From positions 2,144,001 through 2,208,000 of the forward strand of contig CP009479.1 in the NCBI GenBank assembly GCA_000965745.1: a stretch of 64,000 bases of DNA, given 5' to 3'. Origin of the DNA: an uncultured archaeon (lineage in GTDB: Archaea > Thermoplasmatota > Thermoplasmata > Thermoplasmatales > Thermoplasmataceae). Under the pieces are notes generated by a model that saw only the letters and a list, made by a program, of their open reading frames with translations, made no database searches and was not told where the DNA came from. Of the stretch, positions 1 to 10,184 are shown piece by piece. The translations under genes were made by a program, and so were the position numbers. The stretch's first letter is position 1; each line of letters begins with the position of its first letter.

Positions 1-580
1 TCTTTCATGGTTAATTCTTATGCTTGTATTCTCTGTGGGTTCCCACATTGCCACAAAGGCCTGGATCAACAGGAAAAGGGATTTGAGGCTGCAGGAAGGG
101 ACCGCAGGTGAAAGAAGCAGTTCCAATGTGATCTATGCTGCAGTTATAGGCCTCGGAATATCTTCCCTGAATTTTGCGCATGTTGTTAACGCACCATATT
201 TTGAATTATTTGCAATATCATTCGCTGTTGTAAATGCGGATACCTTTGCCTCCGAAATTGGAGTACTTGACAAGAAAGTATACCTCATCACCAATCTTAA
301 GAGAGTGCAGCCAGGAGTGAATGGGGGAGTTTCAGTCCTTGGGCAGATTGCTGCCCTCGGTGGATCCTTCGTTATTGCAATAACATACGGGCTCCTATCC
401 TACCCGAATGTCAACATTTTGTCGCTTGTTCTGATTGGGGTAATGGGATTCGTTGGATGCCAGATAGACAGCTTACTTGGGGCGACCCTTGAAAACAGGG
501 ACAGACTCACGAAAGGTGAGGTGAACTTCATTTCCTCTTTTATGGCTGTGGCCCTGTCTGTTGCACTTTTCTCATTCTGA
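1..580 (+). CDS. DUF92 (TIGR00297/TMEM19-like) membrane protein, probably 5'-truncated by the window edge
   Basis: ADTFASEIG, PGVNGGVSVLG and DSLLGATLE motifs; multiple hydrophobic helices. Confidence 0.85.
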   Translation, partial: LSWLILMLVFSVGSHIATKAWINRKRDLRLQEGTAGERSSSNVIYAAVIGLGISSLNFAHVVNAPYFELFAISFAVVNADTFASEIGVLDKKVYLITNLKRVQPGVNGGVSVLGQIAALGGSFVIAITYGLLSYPNVNILSLVLIGVMGFVGCQIDSLLGATLENRDRLTKGEVNFISSFMAVALSVALFSF

Positions 581-809
581 GCCACCCCTGACAGCAAAAT
601 AATTATTCGTTTGCAACCAGAACAGCAGAAGATAGTTGACCGCGGCAGGATCCCTGCAGTTCTTTTTGCCCGATTCCCGTCTGCTTCTGCCCATCACCTG
701 TTGCCAATCTGTTCTCTTTGGGCTTATATATATGGATCAGGAGAAGCGGTTTGTGCTGCGATAAAAAAAGAGGGATATAAGAAAATATTTGTTGTAAGTT
801 AAAAATGGA

Positions 810-1283
810 TCAGGACGCTATGAGAGTAACGTTTGCCTGACCGTATTTGTATGTAAGCTGCGGTGCCTGGAGCACGATCTTCAGAATGTATGCATTATTG
901 CCCATTGCGTAATATACGCCCGGATTAACGGTCAGCTCCAGTGTGGCCTGCGAAGTTTGAGTCTGTTTAATTACTGAAGGAGTGGATATAACCTGCGAGA
1001 ACGATGAGATTATATCATATGTGAAATTTTGCCCAGTGGACTCGTTGTATACATTCACGACCGGTGGCAGGACCTTTATCTCAGGATTCTGATAGCTATA
1101 CGAATAATTAACAGTGACATTTATGGTCGTTGTAGTGTTGTTTATAGCTATTTCATTAGGTGATGCTGATATTTCCAGAACATGCTGAGGCTGTGCATGC
1201 GTGCTCGGAACGGTAAATGCAATAACTATGAGACCAATAATAAAGACTGCGGTGCCAATTGCAACTCCTGTATTGCGTGCCAT
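810..1283 (-). CDS. Hypothetical secreted/surface protein
   Basis: N-terminal signal/TM segment, Thr/Asn/Val-rich body with several N-X-S/T sequons; GAGG RBS upstream. Confidence 0.7.
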   Translation of the reverse strand: MARNTGVAIGTAVFIIGLIVIAFTVPSTHAQPQHVLEISASPNEIAINNTTTTINVTVNYSYSYQNPEIKVLPPVVNVYNESTGQNFTYDIISSFSQVISTPSVIKQTQTSQATLELTVNPGVYYAMGNNAYILKIVLQAPQLTYKYGQANVTLIAS

Positions 1284-1398
1284 ATTATCTGTTCCTCAAC
1301 TAGCCCTGTTATCGATAGATAAGATATTAAAATTTCTCTGTTCATGCAATATTCAGGGCTACACGGATTAATATTTTACGCTAAACTCACTATGGTGA

Positions 1399-1686
1399 TC
1401 ACAGCGTCGCTCTATTTTTGGATATGTGTTCCTTCAGTTCCTCGTGGAGTTTTCTTATTTGCCTGATGCTCCCGAGATAGGTTGCTATGCTGACGAGGAG
1501 AGTAACCTCTATACCAAAAAACTGTGGGAATGCTTCACCAGCCCAGAGAGCCAGGTTCATCCACCCGCCTACCAGGCCGGCCGTATGTGTTGCGATAAGG
1601 AGGTGCAGCAAGTGCATAGATCCGAGTAATAACCTCCCTACAATCGCAATTTGGCCCAATATTGTAGCTATAACGAACATAATCAT
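1399..1686 (-). CDS. Small hypothetical membrane protein
   Basis: 95-aa hydrophobic ORF with charged C-terminal tail, same strand as neighbours. Confidence 0.45.
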   Translation of the reverse strand: MIMFVIATILGQIAIVGRLLLGSMHLLHLLIATHTAGLVGGWMNLALWAGEAFPQFFGIEVTLLVSIATYLGSIRQIRKLHEELKEHISKNRATL

Positions 1687-1798
1687 TTCCAGACCCTCTT
1701 TCTATGCCTGTTGTTCTCCACAGAAAAATCATACATAAGTGAATTGGTACAGTTGAGAATAAAAAGTGAGGATTGGGAAAAGGTCCGTAAATATATTC

Positions 1799-2458
1799 TC
1801 AGGCGGAGCCAAACTGCCTGAGGAAGTTCTCCCTCTCTTCGAGAATTGATTCTCTCAGACCCCTCATCGATCTCCTTCTCAGAAGGTGATAACTGTAGTC
1901 CTGGTGATTGAGTATGTACTTCTTTGCCTCATCGAGAAGCTTGTCCTTTGGCAGCAAAACATCAACATTTGATCCTTCAGATGCGTCACAGAGGTCCAGT
2001 TTGTTTCTGAATTTCTGAACCGTTATTGAACCCCCAATTGAAAAATTGTACCCTCTATTGAAGCCGACCCTGTTCTCTTCGTGTGAAATGACCACATCAC
2101 CCAGCAATGCAAGTTCATAGCCGGCATCTATTGCGTCTCCTGAAAGAACTGAGAATACAGGCTTTTCCAGTGAATAAATTAAGGATATAAGGGAATTTGC
2201 AGATTCGAGTATGGCCTTTGCAGTCTCGAAGTCTGTTGAGTCCGCCTTGAGCCCAACTGAGAAATGCTCGTTCATGCCAGTTACTGCGATCGACTTCACC
2301 TTGTCATCTATGGAAGCAGTCCCAATTGCGGCGACCAGCTCGTTTATTGCATTCCAGTTGATCAGGCCATTGTCATCACTTCTCAGGACAATGAGGCCAA
2401 TCCCGCTGTCCTGCCAGAAAGTGATATCGTTGAACCCCTTCACCCTGACATTATTCAT
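1799..2458 (-). CDS. Enoyl-CoA hydratase/crotonase-fold protein (short, divergent)
   Basis: VTGxxEHFSVG and EKPVFSVLSGDAIDAGYELALLGD crotonase motifs; start overlaps cytochrome b stop. Confidence 0.75.
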   Translation of the reverse strand: MNNVRVKGFNDITFWQDSGIGLIVLRSDDNGLINWNAINELVAAIGTASIDDKVKSIAVTGMNEHFSVGLKADSTDFETAKAILESANSLISLIYSLEKPVFSVLSGDAIDAGYELALLGDVVISHEENRVGFNRGYNFSIGGSITVQKFRNKLDLCDASEGSNVDVLLPKDKLLDEAKKYILNHQDYSYHLLRRRSMRGLRESILEERENFLRQFGSA

Positions 2459-4127
2459 TGTATACTGCCATCCTGTACACTCTCAGGATAACTCCTCCAA
2501 TTATAAGAATCACGCCAAGCCCGATTCCAAAGGTTGCTTCGGCCACTATGTCAACCGGGTCAAGCCCCCAGATCGCATACATGATCCCCACTGCCACCAC
2601 TGCTAGAATCGCCGATATCACTATTGCGGAGTTTATGCTGAGTGGTACCGGGTTGGACTTCTTCTTTGAATTTGTGCTTTCGTATTTGCTCGTGGCCTGT
2701 GCGCTTTTCATTGTCCCCACTGCTGCAAATACTGTCACTCCTCCGGAGAAGAAAGTTGCTGCGAGGTTCAACCCGTTCGGAGTTGACAGGAAGGACGAGA
2801 AATTCTGCGTGAGAGAATACATCGTAAACATCAGAAGAAGCAGGAACAGTATTGAGGAACCTATCAGCTTGTTTGATGAGACTTCGAACTTTCCCTTCTT
2901 GTAAAGGCGCCCGATCAACAGCATCCCACCAACCACTACTATGAATGGCGGTATCAGGACCACGGCTGTCTCGTAAACCGGAATCTGGGTTCCGGGAGAA
3001 AGGGCTCCCCACAGAGAGAGTATTGCCATGTAGATTATTCCAAGTATCCCAAATGCCGTAATTATCGGCCTTCCAAGTGGGTGCAGGTCATTGTTGGAAT
3101 CTATGAACGGCAGTCCAAGGAAGTAGAGCAGAGGAATTACGGCAAATACCACTGTCGCGGCCAGGGCGGAAAATTCGCCGAAAGGCAGGAACATCTCAAA
3201 GTCCACTGCCTTGTAAACGAATAGAAGGAACCATGGCGGGTATGTTGGCACATAAGCAGCAAGTGGGCTTGATGGAGCCACCTGCGGATACGGGTCGAAA
3301 AGTGTAGGTACTGACGGCAGAGCGTCGATGATGGAAGTTATCAGGATAATAGCACCAAAGGTGAACAGGGCCAGCTGAATCATGAAGACCATGTTGTAGG
3401 GGTTCCACTGCTTGTAGCTGGGTTTCTCCTCATCTATTGCAGGCGCCTTGTAGTTGGACTCTTTGTGGGAAGGTGCCATGCTGTTTGTCTCTGCCAGGTA
3501 GAAATGAAGGCCGAAAAGTCCGCCTACTACTGCTGCAAGTATGACGTGCCATCCAAGCATCTTCTCAAATAGGCTTACAGTGGTTCCTCCGCCGAAGAAA
3601 ATGCTCGCGAGAGGATTTCCAATGACCGGCAGTGCGGCTGCGATCCCCCTTCCCACATCGGTTGCGTCAATGGCGAGAACATCGCCTGTCATCGAATAAC
3701 CGAAGTAGCCGACACCGATAGTGGTCGCCAGGAGAATAACCCCGAGGATCCACTGAATCTGCCTTGGCTTCTTGTATGAGCCGTAAAAGTAGTTACGGAA
3801 CATGTGGACGTACACGAGAACAATCATTGCGTATGCCCCGTACAGGTGAGTGGTGAGGAAAAGTGCACCGTACGGAATGTTTGTTAACATGAACTCCGTA
3901 GAAACGTAAGGGTTTCCAGCATTGTAGTACAGGAGCAGGATTAGCCCGGTGATAACCTGATAAAGAAACGCCATGGTTATCAGAGCGCCTGTCCAGTACC
4001 AGATTCCGCCTTTTTTCCTCATGTAGTCTGGTACCCTTCTGACTGGCAACTCATTTATCCTAAGCGGGTCATCTCCGAGCTCAGATTTTAATATGCTCGA
4101 TAATCCATATTTTTTCTTATCTGCCAT
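2451..4127 (-). CDS. Cytochrome b of an archaeal Rieske/cytochrome b complex (SoxC/SoxN-like)
   Basis: Two heme-ligand His pairs (HLYG..VHMFR; WHVI..LHFY), PPWF variant of PEWY, extra C-terminal TM helices. Confidence 0.92.
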   Translation of the reverse strand: MADKKKYGLSSILKSELGDDPLRINELPVRRVPDYMRKKGGIWYWTGALITMAFLYQVITGLILLLYYNAGNPYVSTEFMLTNIPYGALFLTTHLYGAYAMIVLVYVHMFRNYFYGSYKKPRQIQWILGVILLATTIGVGYFGYSMTGDVLAIDATDVGRGIAAALPVIGNPLASIFFGGGTTVSLFEKMLGWHVILAAVVGGLFGLHFYLAETNSMAPSHKESNYKAPAIDEEKPSYKQWNPYNMVFMIQLALFTFGAIILITSIIDALPSVPTLFDPYPQVAPSSPLAAYVPTYPPWFLLFVYKAVDFEMFLPFGEFSALAATVVFAVIPLLYFLGLPFIDSNNDLHPLGRPIITAFGILGIIYMAILSLWGALSPGTQIPVYETAVVLIPPFIVVVGGMLLIGRLYKKGKFEVSSNKLIGSSILFLLLLMFTMYSLTQNFSSFLSTPNGLNLAATFFSGGVTVFAAVGTMKSAQATSKYESTNSKKKSNPVPLSINSAIVISAILAVVAVGIMYAIWGLDPVDIVAEATFGIGLGVILIIGGVILRVYRMAVYNE

Positions 4128-4141
4128 TTAACTTTCCTCCT

Positions 4142-4894
4142 TTATACAGCCCCGAGATTGACCATCTGCGTCTTTGTTGTTCCGGCAGGAAATGGTGTCC
4201 CCCCGGAAAGATCGCCCACCTTTCCATAGATGGTTGGGCCGGTCATGCTGTTCACTGAAAGTGTATCTTCAGCCGAATTGTACTTCAAAATAACATTGGG
4301 GAGAGGTTTTGCAGTGGGCCCTGTGACTACACTGAAACCCTTGGCCGGATCATAAGTGCTCCCATGGCAGTTGCAGTGAACAAGCCCGCTTGTTGGTTTA
4401 TATGACTGGAGCAGCCCAGGGTGGCCTGGTATCGAGTTCCCCGGAGAGTAATAGTGTATAATTGGTGGCACACAACCGAGATGCTGGCAAATTGCGCTTG
4501 CAGAAACAATAGAATTACTTGGCCCTACTCCGCCGGGGGATTTGAAGGTGCTGCCGTTTGCCGGTATTGTGACATCCGAGGAAGATATTGATAGAGGAGC
4601 GTTCTTCTCATCCCCGAGGTTAATCAGAAAATTCGGGTCGTCTGTGAGCGGGTAGTAGTACAACCATATATTTGGTGAATTAACCGGCCAGTTTGATGCC
4701 TTAATTGGAGAACCGGATGAATCCACAAGAGTCATCTCTGGAAATTCAGTTAGTCCCTCAGAAGGCGTCACCACATTGCTAACAACGCCTTTAACAGCCC
4801 CTCCGGCTGCTGCGGCTATAGACATTACGGCCATAGCCTTCAAGAAATTTCTTTTGCCTTGATCGATCTTTTCATCATCAAGATCCATACCCAC
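4142..4894 (-). CDS. Rieske [2Fe-2S] protein (SoxL/SoxF-like)
   Basis: CQHLGC and CNCHGS boxes; Tat-like KRNFLK plus TM anchor. Confidence 0.93.
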   Translation of the reverse strand: MGMDLDDEKIDQGKRNFLKAMAVMSIAAAAGGAVKGVVSNVVTPSEGLTEFPEMTLVDSSGSPIKASNWPVNSPNIWLYYYPLTDDPNFLINLGDEKNAPLSISSSDVTIPANGSTFKSPGGVGPSNSIVSASAICQHLGCVPPIIHYYSPGNSIPGHPGLLQSYKPTSGLVHCNCHGSTYDPAKGFSVVTGPTAKPLPNVILKYNSAEDTLSVNSMTGPTIYGKVGDLSGGTPFPAGTTKTQMVNLGAV

Positions 4895-5056
4895 TGATCG
4901 TGTATTGTTAATAATATTTTTTTGTCCAAGTGGACTGTAAGCTTTGTATTAATTATTTCAGAGCACATTCGAATTCAATTACCCGGAGATGAAAACAAGG
5001 CCGGAATGATCGATAAATTTATGATATTACTGCCTATGAGGCAAAGTAGACTTTAA

Positions 5057-5129
5057 GGGCTCGTAGTCTAGTGGTTATGATACCGCCCTTACAAGGCGGT
5101 GGTCACCGGTTCAAATCCGGTCGGGCCCA
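5057..5129 (+). tRNA. tRNA-Val(TAC)
   Basis: Cloverleaf: acceptor GGGCTCG/CGGGCCC, anticodon arm CCGCC-CT-TAC-AA-GGCGG, T-loop TTCAAAT; CCA not encoded. Confidence 0.97.
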
Positions 5130-5777
5130 TTCACAATTACGTTTAGTTTTTTCTGAAATGCCCAGCTTATGCTTCCTACAGTATTTCTGCACCCATTCTC
5201 TTTCATCTTCATGTGATGGTGTATCCCCTTCCAGATATGAGATATTGATGTTCCAATCCACGCATGTAACTTCTTCGCCATGTCGCATTGTTGTGGGGAA
5301 CTTTGAATAATCAGGACCGTAAGGATCAGGCCTGAACGGTGCAATGCGATACCAGTCCAGTTTGCTATCCTTCTCATACATCTCTGGATTATGCTCTTTA
5401 TAATATTTTTCCCTGAGACTGCCAAGATACCATTTCAATGTTGAAGCAGATACACCCTTTTCACAGTTGAAATCATAATCACCTCTCAATTCATGGAAAT
5501 AATCCATAAGATTAGTCTTCCAATCATTATCCAATGGCTCTAAAGTGAATTCCTTTAGATCTTTGAAGTATTTGCCCATGAATTCCATTTCTACCAATCT
5601 ATCAGTTAGAACATCAAAGCCAGCGTAATCGATATCAGTAGGCCAATCATTCTTCTCGAATGGACCCTTGCGCAGTCTAACCTTATAGCCCAGTGGCCGA
5701 ATGATCCACTTTGCATCGCCGAAGGATTTCATGAATGAATAACCTGAAGAAGTAAATAAGGTTCCAGTGAGAATCAT
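5103..5777 (-). CDS. Hypothetical protein running antisense into tRNA-Val
   Basis: 224-aa ORF with natural composition; stop lies inside the tRNA. Confidence 0.6.
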   Translation of the reverse strand: MILTGTLFTSSGYSFMKSFGDAKWIIRPLGYKVRLRKGPFEKNDWPTDIDYAGFDVLTDRLVEMEFMGKYFKDLKEFTLEPLDNDWKTNLMDYFHELRGDYDFNCEKGVSASTLKWYLGSLREKYYKEHNPEMYEKDSKLDWYRIAPFRPDPYGPDYSKFPTTMRHGEEVTCVDWNINISYLEGDTPSHEDEREWVQKYCRKHKLGISEKTKRNCEWARPDLNR

Positions 5778-6333
5778 CGATTCATCATTGAAAGGCTGAT
5801 CGAAAAAGTTCAGTGTTATGAGAGATTTTATAGATTTGTTGAATAATCAGCATTATTAGAAAAGAGAATGTATGAAGGTTTTGCCCTTCATGTATATAGT
5901 CTCCTGATACCTTCATGCATGGAAGTGTCAAGAAATTTTTATCCAGAATCCTTTCAGCCTGCGATACCTGCACCTTTTCGTTGGAATAGCACTGAGATCG
6001 CATTAGTTTTGAAATTTTGAGATTGGTAATATGCACATGTAATATGGCAACTTGGTTTTGGAAGTAGTAAAAACAACAGAAACCGTTGGAAACCATTATT
6101 CGAACACTTTTGAAAACGCCTGGGTACGTTTCAATCGACTATAAGTCAAATGTGCGTTAGGACATTGAAATATAGCCCGTTAAAAGCCATTTGGCTCAAT
6201 GCTTTCAGATTGAATCGTTCTTTCAGAAAATGTGAATCTCCTAATTCCCATATGTGGAATCACCCGCATTTGACTTGATCCGTACGGTGCACACAAAACC
6301 CACCAACCAATCTTAATAAAAACTGGGCATATC

Positions 6334-6858
6334 TCAAGTTAGATCAATATGCTGTTTTAGGAACTCTTCAAATTCTCTAGTTCTGTTTTTCTTTCCCAGC
6401 CTGAATTTATAGCTTCTACCGAGTTCAAAACAAATCCAGTTCTTTTTTTTCGAAGACAGGACTTGCCAGCCAAACGAATAAGTGTTTGTGCTCAGCTCCA
6501 CATTTCTTATCATTTCGTAATTTCCCCTGAGTCTGATGCCACCAATACACTGGATAAAGTGGTCGTCGTAGAAATAGAAAGTTCCCTTGCGATGCCAGTC
6601 CAAGTAAAGACCGATACCTATGAAGATAAAAAGAACGAACATGGCTGCAAGTGCATCTTCAAAGTAAAACAGAATTGTTGAAGAAAAGCCTGCGTTTCCA
6701 AGAGGAATGTAAGCCTGCAGCATTATCCCTCCGGTTATGGATATGATTGAGATGAGGAAGAGGAATCCAACTGTCGAAAGTTTAATGCCGAGCATAAAGG
6801 CAGGCTTCTTTACACTGAACTCAGGCTTATACCTAATAAACGTCTTGGTAACAGGCAT
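6334..6858 (-). CDS. Hypothetical membrane protein (2 TM plus soluble, possibly PH-like, domain)
   Basis: Two hydrophobic helices then a beta-rich tail; TATA-like TATATACT upstream. Confidence 0.65.
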   Translation of the reverse strand: MPVTKTFIRYKPEFSVKKPAFMLGIKLSTVGFLFLISIISITGGIMLQAYIPLGNAGFSSTILFYFEDALAAMFVLFIFIGIGLYLDWHRKGTFYFYDDHFIQCIGGIRLRGNYEMIRNVELSTNTYSFGWQVLSSKKKNWICFELGRSYKFRLGKKNRTREFEEFLKQHIDLT

Positions 6859-7088
6859 AGATTAAATGAATTGCATAGTATATATAAGAATTGTTGCGGA
6901 ATTATTTTTGAGACATACACTTGCAAAAACCCAGATTAAAATAGCCTGAAGGATTGATCACATGCTCACCTGGCACATACCCATGTCTGCCATGTGATCT
7001 GAAAGGATTGCAGGGCCACCTTTTCATCTATCTATTTCAAGTCTTGGAATATATTTTACTGCCCGACACTGAGAATTCTTTATTGCAT

Positions 7089-7733
7089 CTAAAATTTGGA
7101 ACTAATTTTGAGAGCCAGCCTGAAAGACAGATACATAATAATTGGAAATGCAAAGTCCAAATCCAGTATACCAAAACCTCCAAAAACAGTAGGTTTTGTT
7201 AAGTAAGGTATACTTTCCACATCACTTACTACACCAACCAAGAATCCGAAGATATATGAGATTAGAGGACCAATTTTTCTAATGTCCATGGCAACCCATA
7301 GCCCTGCGAATCCTGGGACAACGATTAAGGCGGGAATATTTGGGCCTCCCCCATTTTTGTATATTGGCTTTAGCTGATTCCCACTTAGCATGGTGTATAA
7401 GGTGTCCAAAATAAGAACAACAATCAAAATTATGATGCTATATCGAAAAAATCTGTTCCCATTTGAGGTGTGAGTTGCTATTGCCTTTAAAGCGAAAACT
7501 ATGCTGATTGCCAAAGGAAAAAGGAATCCCAGAATATCTAAACTGACTTTAGAACCGAACAATAGAGGGGTGTTTAATTCAGACATTACACCCAAGAAAG
7601 AAGGGAAGAGTTCCTCAAACAACATTGTGACGAGCCCCAAAATTTTGTATGATAATAGGGAAAACATTGCAAATAATGCGATTCTCAATATGGTTACAAT
7701 GTTTTCATTCCAAACATTCTCGACTTTTCCCAT
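7089..7733 (-). CDS. Multi-pass membrane protein, DUF1614-like
   Basis: C-terminal GFLVGVVSD...FGGFGILDLDF resembles the DUF1614 GxLIGADL...IGGAGxFD pattern. Confidence 0.55.
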   Translation of the reverse strand: MGKVENVWNENIVTILRIALFAMFSLLSYKILGLVTMLFEELFPSFLGVMSELNTPLLFGSKVSLDILGFLFPLAISIVFALKAIATHTSNGNRFFRYSIIILIVVLILDTLYTMLSGNQLKPIYKNGGGPNIPALIVVPGFAGLWVAMDIRKIGPLISYIFGFLVGVVSDVESIPYLTKPTVFGGFGILDLDFAFPIIMYLSFRLALKISSKF

Positions 7734-7899
7734 AAGAACTACATGAAGTTATGTTGCCCAATCCTTATAGTTGATACTTATACTCACCAAAATAGTCCAC
7801 AATCGAAATGAAGTGTCTCAACTGGAATTTGGTCAAATCAGGATTTTTTCAATATTTGGAAGTTAATGGGCCCTGAGTTGTTACGTCATCGGATCCTCA

Positions 7900-8214
7900 T
7901 CAATCATCATATTCTCCGTCTTCAAGGATCCATTTGGCTCCTTTCGCTATATCTTTAAGCTTTCTCCAGGCAAGTTCTTCCTTCCTGATTGCAATCTTTT
8001 CTCGCTCGATATCCTCATTGGGCAGGTTACTTCTCTTTAAAGCCTTCTGTAAGAGATTGTTTTGTTTCTTAACGACCTTAAGGTATTCCATTATTCCTTC
8101 TGCGACATCCTTTTCATGCTTAATTTTGAGTCTCAAATCGAAGTACGCGATGAGTACCAATACAACTGAAACGGTTAAAGAAATAATTGAGAGTATAAGG
8201 CTAACTGAAGTCAT
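7900..8214 (-). CDS. Hypothetical single-TM coiled-coil protein
   Basis: N-terminal TM helix from ATG 8214 followed by a charged helical region. Confidence 0.6.
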   Translation of the reverse strand: MTSVSLILSIISLTVSVVLVLIAYFDLRLKIKHEKDVAEGIMEYLKVVKKQNNLLQKALKRSNLPNEDIEREKIAIRKEELAWRKLKDIAKGAKWILEDGEYDD

Positions 8215-8605
8215 ATAATTCTGTAACAAGCTGAGTGAAAATACTTTTGTTTGATTTGTTAAACCTCTGAGATCAACACAGACCCCAGAGAAAGCATTTT
8301 CAGGCATCATCCGTTCAAAAGGCATGGGCAACTATGCCCTGAACCTTGGAATGATGGGCTTAGACCAAATTATTGAAGTTGTGGATATTTATCAGAAGTG
8401 ACTGGCTTATTAGGCAAGTGTACCTTTCGGAGCATGTATTCTGTTGGATTTGGCAAAATTTTGTCAAAACTTGATCTGGCAGAATGGCTATTTTACTGTG
8501 TTTCAAACTGTACTAACCATATATAATTTAATATGGTTAAGCCATCTCTGGAGTGCCTGTAATGGCTGATTTGCCATTTTGTGTTTTGCCAGATTGATTG
8601 CAGAA

Positions 8606-9436
8606 TCAGAGAAATACTACTTCCAAATTGTAGTCTTCTAAAATTTCAACATTGGTTTTTTTCGCTATTTCATCTTCTTCCCCGAAATAGTTGGTTATGC
8701 AGTATGTTGGAATCTTCCTTCTGCTTCTCAATGGATATTCAAAGTATTCACTCATCATCAGGATCTGAAGTTCCTTCTTCACCCTTTTGCTGTGATTCTT
8801 TGCAACTTTCAGCCCATGTGCCTGCTTATCTGGGTAAAGGTATCCATTGAACTTGTTGTGTTCGCCTGAGATCCAGTTTCCATAGATGATAAGGAACTTC
8901 TCGTTTTCTGCCATGTCTGTGCCTGTCGAATTGTTGCCAAAATCAATCATCCTTAGATAATCCCACTTTGTGCTGTGCAATGCCTTCTGGATTCTCTTCC
9001 TGGTTGGCTCATCAAATCTTATGAGTTCTTGCATCAGCTCTTCTGGCTTCATACCTCTTACTGTTTTTATCCATTCTTCCAATGATTTGAAAGTGATGAG
9101 AAGGCCATGCTGGCTGTTGTATTTTGAAGTGATTTCAGCGATCTGTCTGTCAATCCTCAGGAATTCTTCAAATGTGTTCAGGTCCATGCTGTCCTTCTTG
9201 AACACATCATTAATGCGTGTGATATTGACAGGGGTCCAAGGCTCCTTAACATAAACTTTCCACTTGTCATCTGGATAATTGCAGTCTTCACTTTGGAATG
9301 TTGCATCTTGCCTTGTGCCATTTGTATGGTACTGTTTCAATTCCAGGTTCTGCCGTCCTGTTAAGAAGCATATAAAAGAGGACCTGAAGTTTACGCTGCA
9401 GAATGGGATTCTTTCGCATTCTGGCCATTGAAGCAA
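8606..9436 (-). pseudogene. Hypothetical protein, probably a 5'-truncated remnant
   Basis: About 230 natural-looking C-terminal residues but no convincing start; abuts the PolB fragment. Confidence 0.5.
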
Positions 9437-9441
9437 TGATT

Positions 9442-9866
9442 TTCTTTGCCTATGTATCTGATTCTGTTTGCAAATACACGTTTTCTTCGTGCTATGTTGT
9501 CAATGTAATCGAATTTGTTATCGTTATGCCTCACGTATGCTATTAACACTTCTTCAAGGGCTTTCCAGTATTCTTTAGAGGGCAAAGGCAATTCACTTGA
9601 GGATTTTCCAGAACGGTAATCAATGAATTCCTTGTACTGAATTCCGTTAATATCCCTTGAAAATGGTAATGATGGAATAGCATTATTTTTCTCAGACCCT
9701 ACAAGAATGGAATTGAAGGGCTTTATCTGTTTATTCAGGGGCTTATCGTGATTCATTTTCTTGAAGCGGTTTAGAATCGACGGTTTAGAACGGTGATTTG
9801 CGATACAGCTATTTTATCAGAATAATTTACAAATTTCTTGTTCAGGATGTCTTTTCAAATCTCCTT
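9442..9866 (-). pseudogene. C-terminal fragment of a casposon-type family B DNA polymerase
   Basis: Reconstructed KEI*KDILNKKFVNYSDKIAVSQIT/SKPSILNRFKKMN..QIKPFNSILVG..EYWKALEEVL..YVRHNDNKF..RIRYIGKE; in-frame TGA at 9855-9857, frameshift near 9790. Confidence 0.65.
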
Positions 9867-10184
9867 TCCTTCTGTCTCTTTGAGGTGGCCCAAGGGGGCT
9901 TTGTTATATCTCGGTTCTCGACCTGTTCTTCCTCTTTGCTTTGCTCACGTCAGGGCTGGCTGTGTATCTTACAGTGCTCTAACGTGCTCTTCCTTTGATT
10001 TTTTTCTCACTAAATTTATTCCGATAACCATGGGAATAAGACTTAAAAGTATGTATCTGATAAAGCGAATTTCCCATCTAAAGCTCCCTATCTGGTTCAT
10101 CTGCTCGAATATCCTCATCTGCTCTCCAACGATATTTCCCTGCATTTACAACTTATTAGCATAATAAAAGGATGGTCTCCACCA

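Noticed and set aside
572-694. 40-codon minus-strand ORF with AGGTG RBS (MGRSRRESG...)
   Set aside because: No recognisable motif, overlaps the DUF92 stop; cannot be supported
7865-7873. Inverted 9-bp match to the tRNA-Val 3' end
   Set aside because: Short and largely the GGGCCC palindrome; expected by chance
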